Assembly: GCA_016124575.1 (NCBI GenBank)
Contig: WGNM01000005.1
Span: 20,118-84,117, forward strand
Reading direction: 5' to 3'
From: Cryomorphaceae bacterium
GTDB taxonomy: Bacteria > Bacteroidota > Bacteroidia > Flavobacteriales_D > Sanyastnellaceae
Length of the DNA: 64,000 bases
In this document: positions 28,214 through 36,568 of the stretch, one piece after another
Layout of the letters: the number at the start of each line of letters is the position of its first letter
How positions within the stretch are numbered: position 1 is the first letter of the stretch
The notes under the pieces: generated by a model
Told to the model about the DNA's origin: nothing
The model's input: the letters and a program-made list of their open reading frames with translations, nothing else
Databases searched by the model: none
Translations under genes and position numbers: made by a program

Positions 28214-28437
28214 GTCAACCTATCTAAACTCCCCCTTCCATTATTCATGTTTGAGTGTGCAGACAATCAAAAGCTTTTCTCAAACAATCCCCACCTTGGG
28301 TATCTTCAAGCAGACAATAATCGCTAGCAGCCAACCTCTTCATTTTCACAGCCTACAACCTCCGCTTGATATTCAATCTCCTACCACCACAAAAACTGAA
28401 AGCCTATTCAGCAGGCTTTTCATCGATTTCATGGGCA
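28214..28437 (+). repeat. Repeat family R2, copy 1 (block 1 at 28214-28248, block 2 at 28341-28437)
   Basis: Both blocks recur after the next TA pair (29230-29468). Block 2 ends in the hairpin AAAGCCT-attcagc-AGGCTTT. Confidence 0.85.
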
Positions 28438-28533
28438 TTTTTATCGTTTTTAGTTCCCGTTAAAGCACTTTTCGATAGTTTTTGGGGTGTATATGAAATT
28501 TTGTAAATTAGCAACAGAGCAAAAATTATATGT

Positions 28534-28764
28534 ATGACATCGACGGCGATAAAAAAACAAGTAGAAGATTACCTTCCCATGCTTTCAACTAAACAGCAGG
28601 TTCTTGTTCTTGAAATGATTAAAAGCCTATTGCACGTTGATAATGAGAGCAAACGAATTACCCGGAAACAATATAACAAAGAACTTGATGAAGCGGTCAA
28701 GAGAATCGAAAAAGGGAATTCAATTTCCCATAAAGACGCTCTGAAAGAAATTGCGAAATGGTAA
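28534..28764 (+). CDS. Putative antitoxin partner of a RelE/ParE-family toxin
   Basis: 76 aa, overlapping the toxin gene by 7 nt. The C-terminal ...KQYNKELDEAVKRIEKGNSISHKDALKEIAKW resembles Bacteroidota addiction-module antitoxins. Confidence 0.6.
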   Translation: MTSTAIKKQVEDYLPMLSTKQQVLVLEMIKSLLHVDNESKRITRKQYNKELDEAVKRIEKGNSISHKDALKEIAKW

Positions 28765-29072
28765 GGTCAAGTGCCTTTAGAATTGTTTGGGATACTGAAG
28801 CCTTAAATCAGTTTAAAGAGACCTTAGAATATTTAGAAGAGCAAAGCAGTCAAGCTCCACGAATTGTTAAAAAGGCAGTTCTTGATCAAATCGCACAAAT
28901 CAAAAAGAATCCTCTTATTTTTGAAGTCGATAAACTAAAATTACCTGAAGATAAGGACTTCAGGGCTTTTATTGTTTTCAACTACAGGATCACCTATCAA
29001 GTAAAAACTGACAAGGACCAAATTCGAATATTAAGATTCCGCCATACAAGCAGAGAACCACTTGGGTACTAA
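28758..29072 (+). CDS. Type II toxin, RelE/ParE superfamily
   Basis: 104 aa. FRAFIVFNYRITYQVKTDKDQIRILRFRHTSREP is the canonical RelE/ParE C-terminal pattern. Confidence 0.82.
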   Translation: MVRSSAFRIVWDTEALNQFKETLEYLEEQSSQAPRIVKKAVLDQIAQIKKNPLIFEVDKLKLPEDKDFRAFIVFNYRITYQVKTDKDQIRILRFRHTSREPLGY

Positions 29073-29229
29073 TAGGAATGAATTGTGGGCTCAGATAATA
29101 TGCTCTAATTATAAAACCCGCTTCACGCCAGCCTCACCTCTCTTATTCAAAAATATGTATATTATTGAATTACAGTTCTGCTCATCAAAGACAGTGTCAA
29201 AAACTCCCGCCCGCCGTGAAGCTGGAGAC

Positions 29230-29468
29230 GTCAACCTGTCTAAAAACCCCCATCCATACTTCATATTCGATAGTGTATAAAGTCAAATAGCCTTTGGTAT
29301 TAGATACACACATTGGTTATCTTTAGGTTTGAAATTCATTGCATGAAATGTTCGCCAGCCGATGCCCTCTCCATTTTCACAGCTTACAACCTCCGCCCGA
29401 TATTCAATCTCTTACCACCACAAAAACTAAAAGCCTCCCTAGTAGACTTTTTATCAAAATCATAGGCA
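29230..29468 (+). repeat. Repeat family R2, copy 2 (block 1 at 29230-29264, block 2 at 29372-29468)
   Basis: GTCAACCTGTCTAAAAACCCCCATCCATACTTCAT and CATTTTCACAGCTTACAACCTCCGCCCGATATTCAATCTCTTACCACCACAAAAACTAAAAGCCT... align with copy 1 with few substitutions. Confidence 0.85.
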
Positions 29469-29522
29469 GTCCAATTCTATTCCACCTAGAAAGAAAATAC
29501 AATACAGAATCGACTCGGCATT

Positions 29523-31196
29523 TCAGTGCTTTATAAAAGCCAGGTTCAAATTGCCCTTACTTAATTGGATTATATAGGTTCCTGCAGACAAATCCACAAT
29601 TGAAATTGAAGCATTCATGCTGGTGGTTCCTTGGGCAACAATTTTACCCAAATGATCGATAATTCGGTAAGTGGAAAGTTCATTCTCACCGCTGAGGTGA
29701 ATGAAATCAGATGATGGGTTGGGGTAAATGTTTATGAGTGCTTGCGGTTCGAGGAAGTCATTCACCCCAATTGAATTACCGAAGGTGTATTGAGCCAAAT
29801 AGAGGTCGGTTAAACCGGCAGGAGCAGGTGCGGGATCATCAAGGTTTTCAGGAGCAAAATCAAAATTCTCATCGTAATTGCCTGTGATAATTACCTTGTC
29901 GCCAGATACCGCCATGCTTTTATTGCTGATAAAGTCATCTTCCCATCCGCCTACAACGAAAGAGTTAACATAGTCGAGCGACTGAGAGTACTTCACAACA
30001 AATAAATCACGACCACCATAGTTGATGTGATTGGCAAGCGGACCAGGCGAGAAAGTGCCATTGAAAGATCCGCAAACAATAATATCGTTTGAGGCGTTGC
30101 TGTGTGCACTTTTTGGTCTGCAATCGCCCCCAGCTTCCAATATATCTCCGTTAACGTAATCGCCTTCAGAAGTTAGTCTGACGAGAAAACCATTGTAAGA
30201 AAAGTTGGTTGGAATTATTTCTTCAGCAGCACTCGGGTCGAGGTCAATGTCTCCATCAAAATTCCCGACGATAAGAATGTCGCCATTGGTCAGCAGCTCG
30301 AGACCTTCACAAATTTCATTGAATTCTCCATGAAATCCTTTTGACCAAACAAGAATTCCAGTGGAATTGTATTTGGCTATATAGCCATCCTGTGCGTCTT
30401 GAGCGAGAAGAGTGGAGATAGTTCCAAATGGATCCAGGTCAATGGAAACACTGAATGATCCTACTATGACAATGTTATCGTCATCATCAACTTCAATATC
30501 TTGAATAAAACTCAGGCCATCATTTGGATTCACCCAGGCCCATATGTACTCGCCCGATGGAGAATACTTGGCCATAAAAGGACCGGAAGGATCGCCTACA
30601 AGGTTCTGTGTATTTGCACTTGGATCGAAATCACATACATTGGTAAGCGATCCGCCTACGATAATATTGCCTTCATTGTCAAGTGCTAGGGTAGATGCAT
30701 CAGCATTGCCTTCACCATTTATTGAAAAAGCAAAGTCGAATGTCCCGTCTGATAAGTAGTGGGCAATGAGCGCATCGCCTGAAGATCCGCTCGTGAATTC
30801 TGCGAGACCTTCTGGATTGGCATTGATGGTTCCCGTAAAATAGATCAATACGTAAACTCCATCATCCGCATCTACTGCTAAGTCTCTCACGTCGCCTTGT
30901 GTGCTCAATGGAAGGATGAATGCCCAAAGGTGATTGCCTTGTGAATCGTATTTCGAAATAAAAGGAGCGCTGAACAGGGAAACGTCGGATTGCAGATTTT
31001 CCCCAATCCCAGGGTCAAAATCTACATTGTCAGATCGCGATTCACCGCCCATATAAATGTTTCCTTCGCTATCACCTAAGGTGACGAAACCAGTTTCGGA
31101 ATTAAGACCGTTTACGGTAATCCCCCAGTCATTGGAATTTTGAGCTTGGCTTGCACAAACAATCAAGAGCAGCGAAAAGATTGAAAGAGATTTCAT
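29523..31196 (-). CDS. Secreted SBBP/beta-propeller-repeat protein with a T9SS type-A C-terminal sorting domain
   Basis: Signal peptide, repeated ...D..GN.Y..G.F.G..DFDP... units, and a C-terminal IYPNPSSDFIHL ... GTYIIQL sorting domain. It is the only minus-strand gene in the array. Confidence 0.85.
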   Translation of the reverse strand: MKSLSIFSLLLIVCASQAQNSNDWGITVNGLNSETGFVTLGDSEGNIYMGGESRSDNVDFDPGIGENLQSDVSLFSAPFISKYDSQGNHLWAFILPLSTQGDVRDLAVDADDGVYVLIYFTGTINANPEGLAEFTSGSSGDALIAHYLSDGTFDFAFSINGEGNADASTLALDNEGNIIVGGSLTNVCDFDPSANTQNLVGDPSGPFMAKYSPSGEYIWAWVNPNDGLSFIQDIEVDDDDNIVIVGSFSVSIDLDPFGTISTLLAQDAQDGYIAKYNSTGILVWSKGFHGEFNEICEGLELLTNGDILIVGNFDGDIDLDPSAAEEIIPTNFSYNGFLVRLTSEGDYVNGDILEAGGDCRPKSAHSNASNDIIVCGSFNGTFSPGPLANHINYGGRDLFVVKYSQSLDYVNSFVVGGWEDDFISNKSMAVSGDKVIITGNYDENFDFAPENLDDPAPAPAGLTDLYLAQYTFGNSIGVNDFLEPQALINIYPNPSSDFIHLSGENELSTYRIIDHLGKIVAQGTTSMNASISIVDLSAGTYIIQLSKGNLNLAFIKH

Positions 31197-31585
31197 GATT
31201 TGATTTGTTAACTAATTCATTTTTTGCAAGATAAGACTTTCTGCTCTTGATGCCAAATACGCCACTTTAGCAAGGCCCTGCATCACATGAGCCTTATTGT
31301 CGGTGCGTGAGTGAACTTCCCAGTGAGTGAATCCGATCTGATGAGGCGAAATTCCAGGTTTACGATTCAGACATAAATATCTTTCCTATCAACCCCTAAA
31401 TTGAAGGTGATTCCCTTGTTCCTACTTGGGCTTTTCAAATCCAAGTATACCGATCTTGTGTGCTAAACATTCGGTAGGTATTTCTTGGATCACATCCCAA
31501 TTGGGGTCTTCCCTGAAATTAGCTACTCTTAAAAAACCTTCTCAATATTTTGTTCCAAGGAAAATTGTGCTGATTCATCTGTAAT

Positions 31586-31639
31586 ACACCTTCGCAATCG
31601 CCCGGCATTCAAATCAATTGATTATTTTCATGGAAAATT
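31586..31639 (+). repeat. Repeat family R1, copy a
   Basis: The core TCAATTGATTATTTTCATGGAAAATT (31614-31639) is preceded by ACACCTTCGCAATCGCCC. Confidence 0.8.
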
Positions 31640-31740
31640 AGGGGAGTGATGGGGCATTAGACAGACATCCTTTGAGCGGAATAATGATACAATCTATTGA
31701 TTGTAAGTATTGTGTGGGCAGAAATTCGTAATTTTGTTTT

Positions 31741-31902
31741 ATGAGAACCAAACAAGAAATACTGATTTATTTGTCAGAGCTTAAAGAGCGAATAGCTCAC
31801 GAAATGCCAAAAGTTCGCAAAGAAATTCGCTTGTATGAGGAAAAGAAAGCAAATGGGCAACTAACTGAAAAACCAGTTTCTGGGCCTCAGTTTAATGTCT
31901 AA
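31741..31902 (+). CDS. Small ORF (53 aa) not in the supplied track; putative antitoxin/partner of the zeta-like ATPase
   Basis: ATG at 31741, translation MRTKQEILIYLSELKERIAHEMPKVRKEIRLYEEKKANGQLTEKPVSGPQFNV, stop at 31900-31902. It overlaps the downstream ATG (31895) by 8 nt. A TAATTTTG motif (31729-31736) lies just upstream. Confidence 0.5.
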   Translation: MRTKQEILIYLSELKERIAHEMPKVRKEIRLYEEKKANGQLTEKPVSGPQFNV

Positions 31903-32497
31903 ACCAGTATTGTTAGTTGTTGCTGGCTGCAATGGCTCGGGCAAATCTTCTTTCTCCAAGGCTTTCTCTCCAAATGATGTTGTTCCCTATGACTACGATT
32001 TAGTTTTTCTTGATTTTTACAAATCACTCATTGACAATGAACTGAGAGAGCGGATGGCTCACAATTTGTCGATTGAAGATTTACGAATCAGCATTGAATC
32101 TGCAAGATCCCAAGAGAAGAATTTCTGTTATGAAACAAATTTCAATTCTACTCCGCTATATTGGCCGACAGTTTTTAAGCGCGACGATTACCGTTTAGAG
32201 CTTGCTTTCTTCTGTTTAGATTCCATTGATAAAGCAAAAGAACGTGTTAGAATAAGAGTTGAGAATGGCGGACATTTTGTGCCTGACGCTGAAATTGAAA
32301 AGCGATATGTGTTAGGTTACAAGCATTTAAATGAATATTGGGAATTCTTTGATGCAGTGCACTTATTCGAAACCAGCGAATATGATTGCGAACCCAAACA
32401 CCTGCTGACAATTGAGCAGAATGTCCTCGTGATACTTGAAGATTTTCCGGACTATTTGATTTCTTTGATCCCGAATATTGCAGACAGATTGAAATAA
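31895..32497 (+). CDS. Zeta-toxin / COG4185-type P-loop ATPase
   Basis: 200 aa with Walker A VVAGCNGSGKSSF and the size and layout of the zeta-toxin/PezT-like 'predicted ABC-type ATPase' family. Confidence 0.7.
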   Translation: MSKPVLLVVAGCNGSGKSSFSKAFSPNDVVPYDYDLVFLDFYKSLIDNELRERMAHNLSIEDLRISIESARSQEKNFCYETNFNSTPLYWPTVFKRDDYRLELAFFCLDSIDKAKERVRIRVENGGHFVPDAEIEKRYVLGYKHLNEYWEFFDAVHLFETSEYDCEPKHLLTIEQNVLVILEDFPDYLISLIPNIADRLK

Positions 32498-32738
32498 AAT
32501 TTAGGTAACACTGCATAGGCGTCGCGAGGGTTTCTGCTTCGAAAATACACTCTCAATTCGGTAAATCTTGTCGGACATACTTGAATGAAAAATTCGCTAT
32601 GAATTGCTCGTTGTCTAGCTTTAAACTCAAAGCCTAGCTGGAAGTCTATTAATTAATTTCATGCGTTTTTTTCCTGATTTTGGGGCTTTTGAAAACATTT
32701 TTTGATATTTCCTGCAAATTAAAGTGTATTTGATAACA

Positions 32739-32807
32739 CCAAATCACCTCCAAATCACCTCCAAATCACCCAGTGTTCAGTTCAATTGATTATTTTCAGT
32801 GAAAATT
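32739..32807 (+). repeat. Repeat family R1, copy b, including three tandem 11-bp units
   Basis: CCAAATCACCT x2 plus CCAAATCACCC (32739-32771), then the core TCAATTGATTATTTTCAGTGAAAATT (32782-32807). The core contains the palindromes TCAATTGA and ATTTTCA-g-TGAAAAT. Confidence 0.85.
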
Positions 32808-32865
32808 TTAACAGCAGGTAGATGATATAACAGATTGCCTTTGGCTGAAATTTAAAACAATACAA

Positions 32866-33408
32866 ATGAGTAAAAAATTAACACTAGTATTCTTTCTAAT
32901 TCAATCATTTACTATGAATGCTCAAGAAAAAGACCCATGGACAGTCTATATGACACCTTCTTCAGTTCATGAATTGTTTTCAAGGTACGAAGGGGAGTTT
33001 CAAATGGAAATGGAAATGAATGGACTAAAAGAACCTGTTCTAATTGGTTCTTCTCACAAAATGATCTTAGGTGGTCGATTCCTAGAATTAAAACAAAAAG
33101 GTAACATGATTGGTATGGAATACGAATCCATTTATACCGTTGGATTTAATACTATTGATAGCACCATTTCAATGACTACGATCACAAATATGGGGACAGG
33201 GACTTTAGCCCTTCACGGGGAATGGAACGAAAGCACAAAGACCGCAACACTTCATGGGAAACTAACTAATCCTGTTTCTAAACAAAGCATTTACGTTAGA
33301 CAGACTCTCGAGTTTGTCGATGACAATACGATTCTTATTCAAAGCTTTGACCATGAAGAAGATAAACAGGAAAAGAAAACTGTGGAATATAAATTTGTTA
33401 GACTATAG
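32866..33408 (+). CDS. Secreted DUF1579-like protein
   Basis: 180 aa with a signal peptide. The pattern ...HELFSRYEGEF... GGRFLEL ... G.W is reminiscent of DUF1579. Recognised from memory only. Confidence 0.45.
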   Translation: MSKKLTLVFFLIQSFTMNAQEKDPWTVYMTPSSVHELFSRYEGEFQMEMEMNGLKEPVLIGSSHKMILGGRFLELKQKGNMIGMEYESIYTVGFNTIDSTISMTTITNMGTGTLALHGEWNESTKTATLHGKLTNPVSKQSIYVRQTLEFVDDNTILIQSFDHEEDKQEKKTVEYKFVRL

Positions 33409-33580
33409 AAATACCCATTGCCTAATAGAGCCTAAAAAACATTGAGCAATCAGTGCTTTGATAGAGTTTTCTTTTTTTATCAAACTTTGTCTCGAAGGAC
33501 AATTTTGTAGCGTCAAAATGTCCTCCGTTTCAACCTAAGCTCGCTAGCTGCCATTTTAACTTAAACGTGCGACAAAATCA

Positions 33581-33594
33581 GCGATTTGTGTTAA
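33581..33594. promoter_or_regulatory. Direct repeat GCGATTTGTGTTAA, candidate AraC-family operator (copy 1, upstream of the AraC gene)
   Basis: The same 12-14-mer recurs at 34583-34597 upstream of the SDR genes. Confidence 0.3.
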
Positions 33595-33636
33595 TGAACT
33601 TCAGAAAGACAAAGTAATTTTGTGGAAAGAACACGC

Positions 33637-34545
33637 ATGAGCGAGGAGATTATTCATTCGAGATCAATTACTGAAATCAGGGCTGTCTTTGGTTTGGACA
33701 AGCCAACACACCCCTTAATTACAATACTTGATACACAAAAACTCGCTTATGGGGAAGAAACTGTTGGTAAACGATTCGCCTCTGATCTATACTGCATCGC
33801 TCTAAAGGATTCAAGTTGCGGAATTGAATACGGACGAAACTCGTATGACTTTGATGACGGAGTTTTAATTTTTACCGCACCTAAGCAGGTAATTACAGTG
33901 AAGAAACCCCAAGCACTGAATCAAATAAAAGGTTGGATGTTATATTTTCATCCCGACCTTTTTAGGAATACTCCCCTTGGTTCAAAAATTGATTCCTACA
34001 ATTTTTTTAACTACGAAGTGCATGAAGCTTTGCACCTGTCTATTCATGAACAAAATACCCTCAATCAAATTGTTCAGCTCATTCAAGATGAAATCAGAGA
34101 GCGAATAGATAATCATAGTCAGCAAGTATTGGTTTCGAATATTGAGTTGTTACTCAATTACAGCAAACGATTTTACGAAAGACAATTCAATACTCGCTCC
34201 GCGAGCCACACGGATATTGTTTCCAAAGTTGAAGTGCTGCTAAAAGAATATTATACAGCCAACAAGCTCATCGAAAAAGGACAACCCACTATCCAATATT
34301 TAGCAGAAAACTGCCATTTATCAGCAAGTTATTTGAGTGATCTTTTGAGCAAAGAAACAGGTCGTTCTGCTAAAGACCACATCAATGATTTTATTATCGA
34401 CAAAGCAAAACACTTGTTACTCGGATCTACCCATTCGATTAGTGAAATAGCTTATACTTTAGGCTTCAATTACCCCCATTATTTTGGTAGGCTGTTCAAG
34501 CTCAAAACAGGAAAAACACCCCAAGAATACAGGCAGTTGAATTAA
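33637..34545 (+). CDS. AraC-family transcriptional regulator
   Basis: C-terminal double HTH (IQYLAENCHLSASYLSDLLSKETG ... ISEIAYTLGFNYPHYFGRLFKLKTGKTPQEYR). Confidence 0.9.
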   Translation: MSEEIIHSRSITEIRAVFGLDKPTHPLITILDTQKLAYGEETVGKRFASDLYCIALKDSSCGIEYGRNSYDFDDGVLIFTAPKQVITVKKPQALNQIKGWMLYFHPDLFRNTPLGSKIDSYNFFNYEVHEALHLSIHEQNTLNQIVQLIQDEIRERIDNHSQQVLVSNIELLLNYSKRFYERQFNTRSASHTDIVSKVEVLLKEYYTANKLIEKGQPTIQYLAENCHLSASYLSDLLSKETGRSAKDHINDFIIDKAKHLLLGSTHSISEIAYTLGFNYPHYFGRLFKLKTGKTPQEYRQLN

Positions 34546-34550
34546 ATCGA

Positions 34551-34580
34551 AGGAAGCAAATGAAGCTTCCTTTCGCTTTT
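34551..34580 (+). terminator. Rho-independent terminator after the AraC gene
   Basis: Stem AGGAAGC/GCTTCCT with a 7-nt loop, followed by TTCGCTTTTC. Confidence 0.6.
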
Positions 34581-34582
34581 CT

Positions 34583-34597
34583 GCGATTTGTGTTTAA
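34583..34597. promoter_or_regulatory. Direct repeat GCGATTTGTGTTTAA (copy 2, upstream of the SDR pair)
   Basis: Matches 33581-33594 apart from one extra T. Confidence 0.3.
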
Positions 34598-34670
34598 CCT
34601 TTCTTTTTTCGTGTTACTCCGCTCACTCGTTCAGTCGGATATTTGATTTCATCAAAGCATTATAAAAAAG

Positions 34671-35546
34671 ATGGAACATAAAATTTTAGTAACAGGTGCA
34701 AGTGGAGCTTTTGGAAGTTTAACTTGTATTCAATTAGCGGAAAACGGTCATAAAGTGGTCGGGACATTGCGTTCATTAAAAGGGAAAAACGAAGCCATCG
34801 CAAATGAGCTAAAAGCAAAAGGTGTAGCATTGGTTGAAATGGATGTGACCAATGAAGAAAGTGTAAATGCAGGAGTAAATTCAGCCATAGAACAGATGGA
34901 TGGATTAGATACTGTTTTCAACAATGCAGGAATTGGAGCTAATGGAATTCTTGAATGCTTTACCGTAGGTGATATCCAAAAAATGTTTGACGTAAATGTT
35001 TTTGGAGTTCAACGAGTATTGAGAGCTGTTTTACCTTTTTTGAGACAACAAGGAAGGGGAACGATCATTCACACTTCAAGTTGTATCGGTAGAGTAACCA
35101 CACCATTCTTGGCTTCATACTCGGCTTCAAAATACGCTTTAGAGTCTTTGGCGGAAGGCTACCGTGCAGAACTTTCAGGATTTGGAATTGAATCGTGTAT
35201 AATAGAACCAGGCGGATATCCAACGGGTTTTATGAGTGGAATGATAACGCCAAGCGATAACGAAAGGATGAAGCAGTATGGCGAAATGGCAAGCCTTCCT
35301 GAAACCTCAATTGATGGATACGTTGCTTATGTGGAATCAATCCCCGAACAAAGACCTGAGCGAGTTGCTGAAGCCTTAGTCAATCTGGTAAATACACCTT
35401 TTGGTGAAAAACCCTTTAGAACCGTTGTTGATTTTTCTGGGTTAAAACAACCAATAGAAAACTATAATCAACTGTTGAACGAGACTACAAAAGCAATTTA
35501 CACTGCAAATGGTGTGGCTAATTTACTAAACCTAAACAAAGACTAA
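34671..35546 (+). CDS. SDR-family oxidoreductase
   Basis: Contains TGASGAFG, NNAG and the catalytic YSASK. Confidence 0.88.
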   Translation: MEHKILVTGASGAFGSLTCIQLAENGHKVVGTLRSLKGKNEAIANELKAKGVALVEMDVTNEESVNAGVNSAIEQMDGLDTVFNNAGIGANGILECFTVGDIQKMFDVNVFGVQRVLRAVLPFLRQQGRGTIIHTSSCIGRVTTPFLASYSASKYALESLAEGYRAELSGFGIESCIIEPGGYPTGFMSGMITPSDNERMKQYGEMASLPETSIDGYVAYVESIPEQRPERVAEALVNLVNTPFGEKPFRTVVDFSGLKQPIENYNQLLNETTKAIYTANGVANLLNLNKD

Positions 35547-35548
35547 AA

Positions 35549-36361
35549 ATGAGCAAAACCGTATTAATTACAGGAGCAAGCAGTGGCATCGGAAAAGCAA
35601 CTGCTATTCATTTTCAACAACAAGGATGGAACGTAATTGCGACAATGCGTTCCCCTGAGAAAGACACGGAATTAAACAAGTTGGAAAACCTACAACTTGA
35701 AAAGTTAGATGTCCTTGATGTATCAAGCATTGAACAAGCTATCCTTAACGGCATTGCAAAATTTGGCAAAATTGATGCCTTGGTTAACAACGCAGGTTAT
35801 GGTGCTTATGGTCCTTTGGAATCTTTTCCAAGAGAAAATATCATCAGACAATTCAACACGAATGTTATCGGCTTAATGGATGTTACCAAAACCATTATCC
35901 CACATTTCAGACAAAATAAAGACGGTGTTATTGTCAATATTTCTTCCATCGGTGGTCAAATGACTTTTGCATTGGGTTCTCTTTATCACGGAACCAAGTT
36001 CGCCGTTGAGGGGATTTCAGAATCTTTACACTTTGAAATGAAAGAGATAGGTGTGAAAGTTAAAATTGTAGAACCCGGATTTATTGCCACTGATTTTGGT
36101 AGTCGTTCTTTCGATTTTCAAGCAGGAAATATTGAAGATTATCAACCATTGATCGGAGCATTAATGAAACAATGGCAAAATCCGAATAACATTGTTTCGC
36201 AGCCAAGTTTAGTGGCTGAAGTAATTTTTAATGCAGTAACTGACGGCACGAACCAACTGAGATACCGAGCAGGAGAAGATGCAGATTTCTTACTCGACAG
36301 TAGAAAAAAAATGACAGACACCGCGTTTTTTGAAATGATGAATAAGCAATTGGGGAATTAA
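35549..36361 (+). CDS. SDR-family oxidoreductase
   Basis: Contains TGASSGIG, NNAG and YHGTK. It starts 2 nt after the previous SDR gene. Confidence 0.9.
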   Translation: MSKTVLITGASSGIGKATAIHFQQQGWNVIATMRSPEKDTELNKLENLQLEKLDVLDVSSIEQAILNGIAKFGKIDALVNNAGYGAYGPLESFPRENIIRQFNTNVIGLMDVTKTIIPHFRQNKDGVIVNISSIGGQMTFALGSLYHGTKFAVEGISESLHFEMKEIGVKVKIVEPGFIATDFGSRSFDFQAGNIEDYQPLIGALMKQWQNPNNIVSQPSLVAEVIFNAVTDGTNQLRYRAGEDADFLLDSRKKMTDTAFFEMMNKQLGN

Positions 36362-36480
36362 AAACGGTACCTAGCTGCAAAGCTTCCTTGCGGCTCGCAA
36401 CCCCCACCAAAAACGCATGCTGAATGAAAACAATCGCTGCAGCGAACTATGAGGTTTTAATAAGTAATTTTTGTATTGCA

Positions 36481-36510
36481 CAGCAGCTATCTCGGCTGCT
36501 GTCTTTCTTG
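36481..36510 (+). terminator. Rho-independent terminator after the SDR pair
   Basis: Stem CAGCAGC/GCTGCTG with a 7-nt loop, followed by TCTTTCTT. Confidence 0.6.
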
Positions 36511-36568
36511 ACTGTTTTTGGAGATGCAACAGCACTGTTTGCGTTTGAAAGTATATAGGGTGCTTTTT

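Noticed and set aside
28251-28463. ORF-track entries 28251..28463 and 29339..29536, which share the peptide PLHFHSLQPP.DIQS.TTTKT.SL.SRLFI, considered as a conserved small protein.
   Set aside because: The similarity follows the DNA repeat R2. Most substitutions between the copies change the amino acid, the starts are non-equivalent, and similarity ends where the DNA repeat ends. A non-coding repeat is more likely.
28078-29522. Classical integron attC sites (R'' RYYYAAC ... R' GTTRRRY) in the spacers after the TA cassettes.
   Set aside because: Reading the spacers by eye I found no properly spaced inverse-core/core pair. The nearest words (GGCTAAC, GTCAACC, GTTAAAG) violate the consensus. 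The cassette-array idea is therefore kept only as a hypothesis, to be tested with a covariance model.
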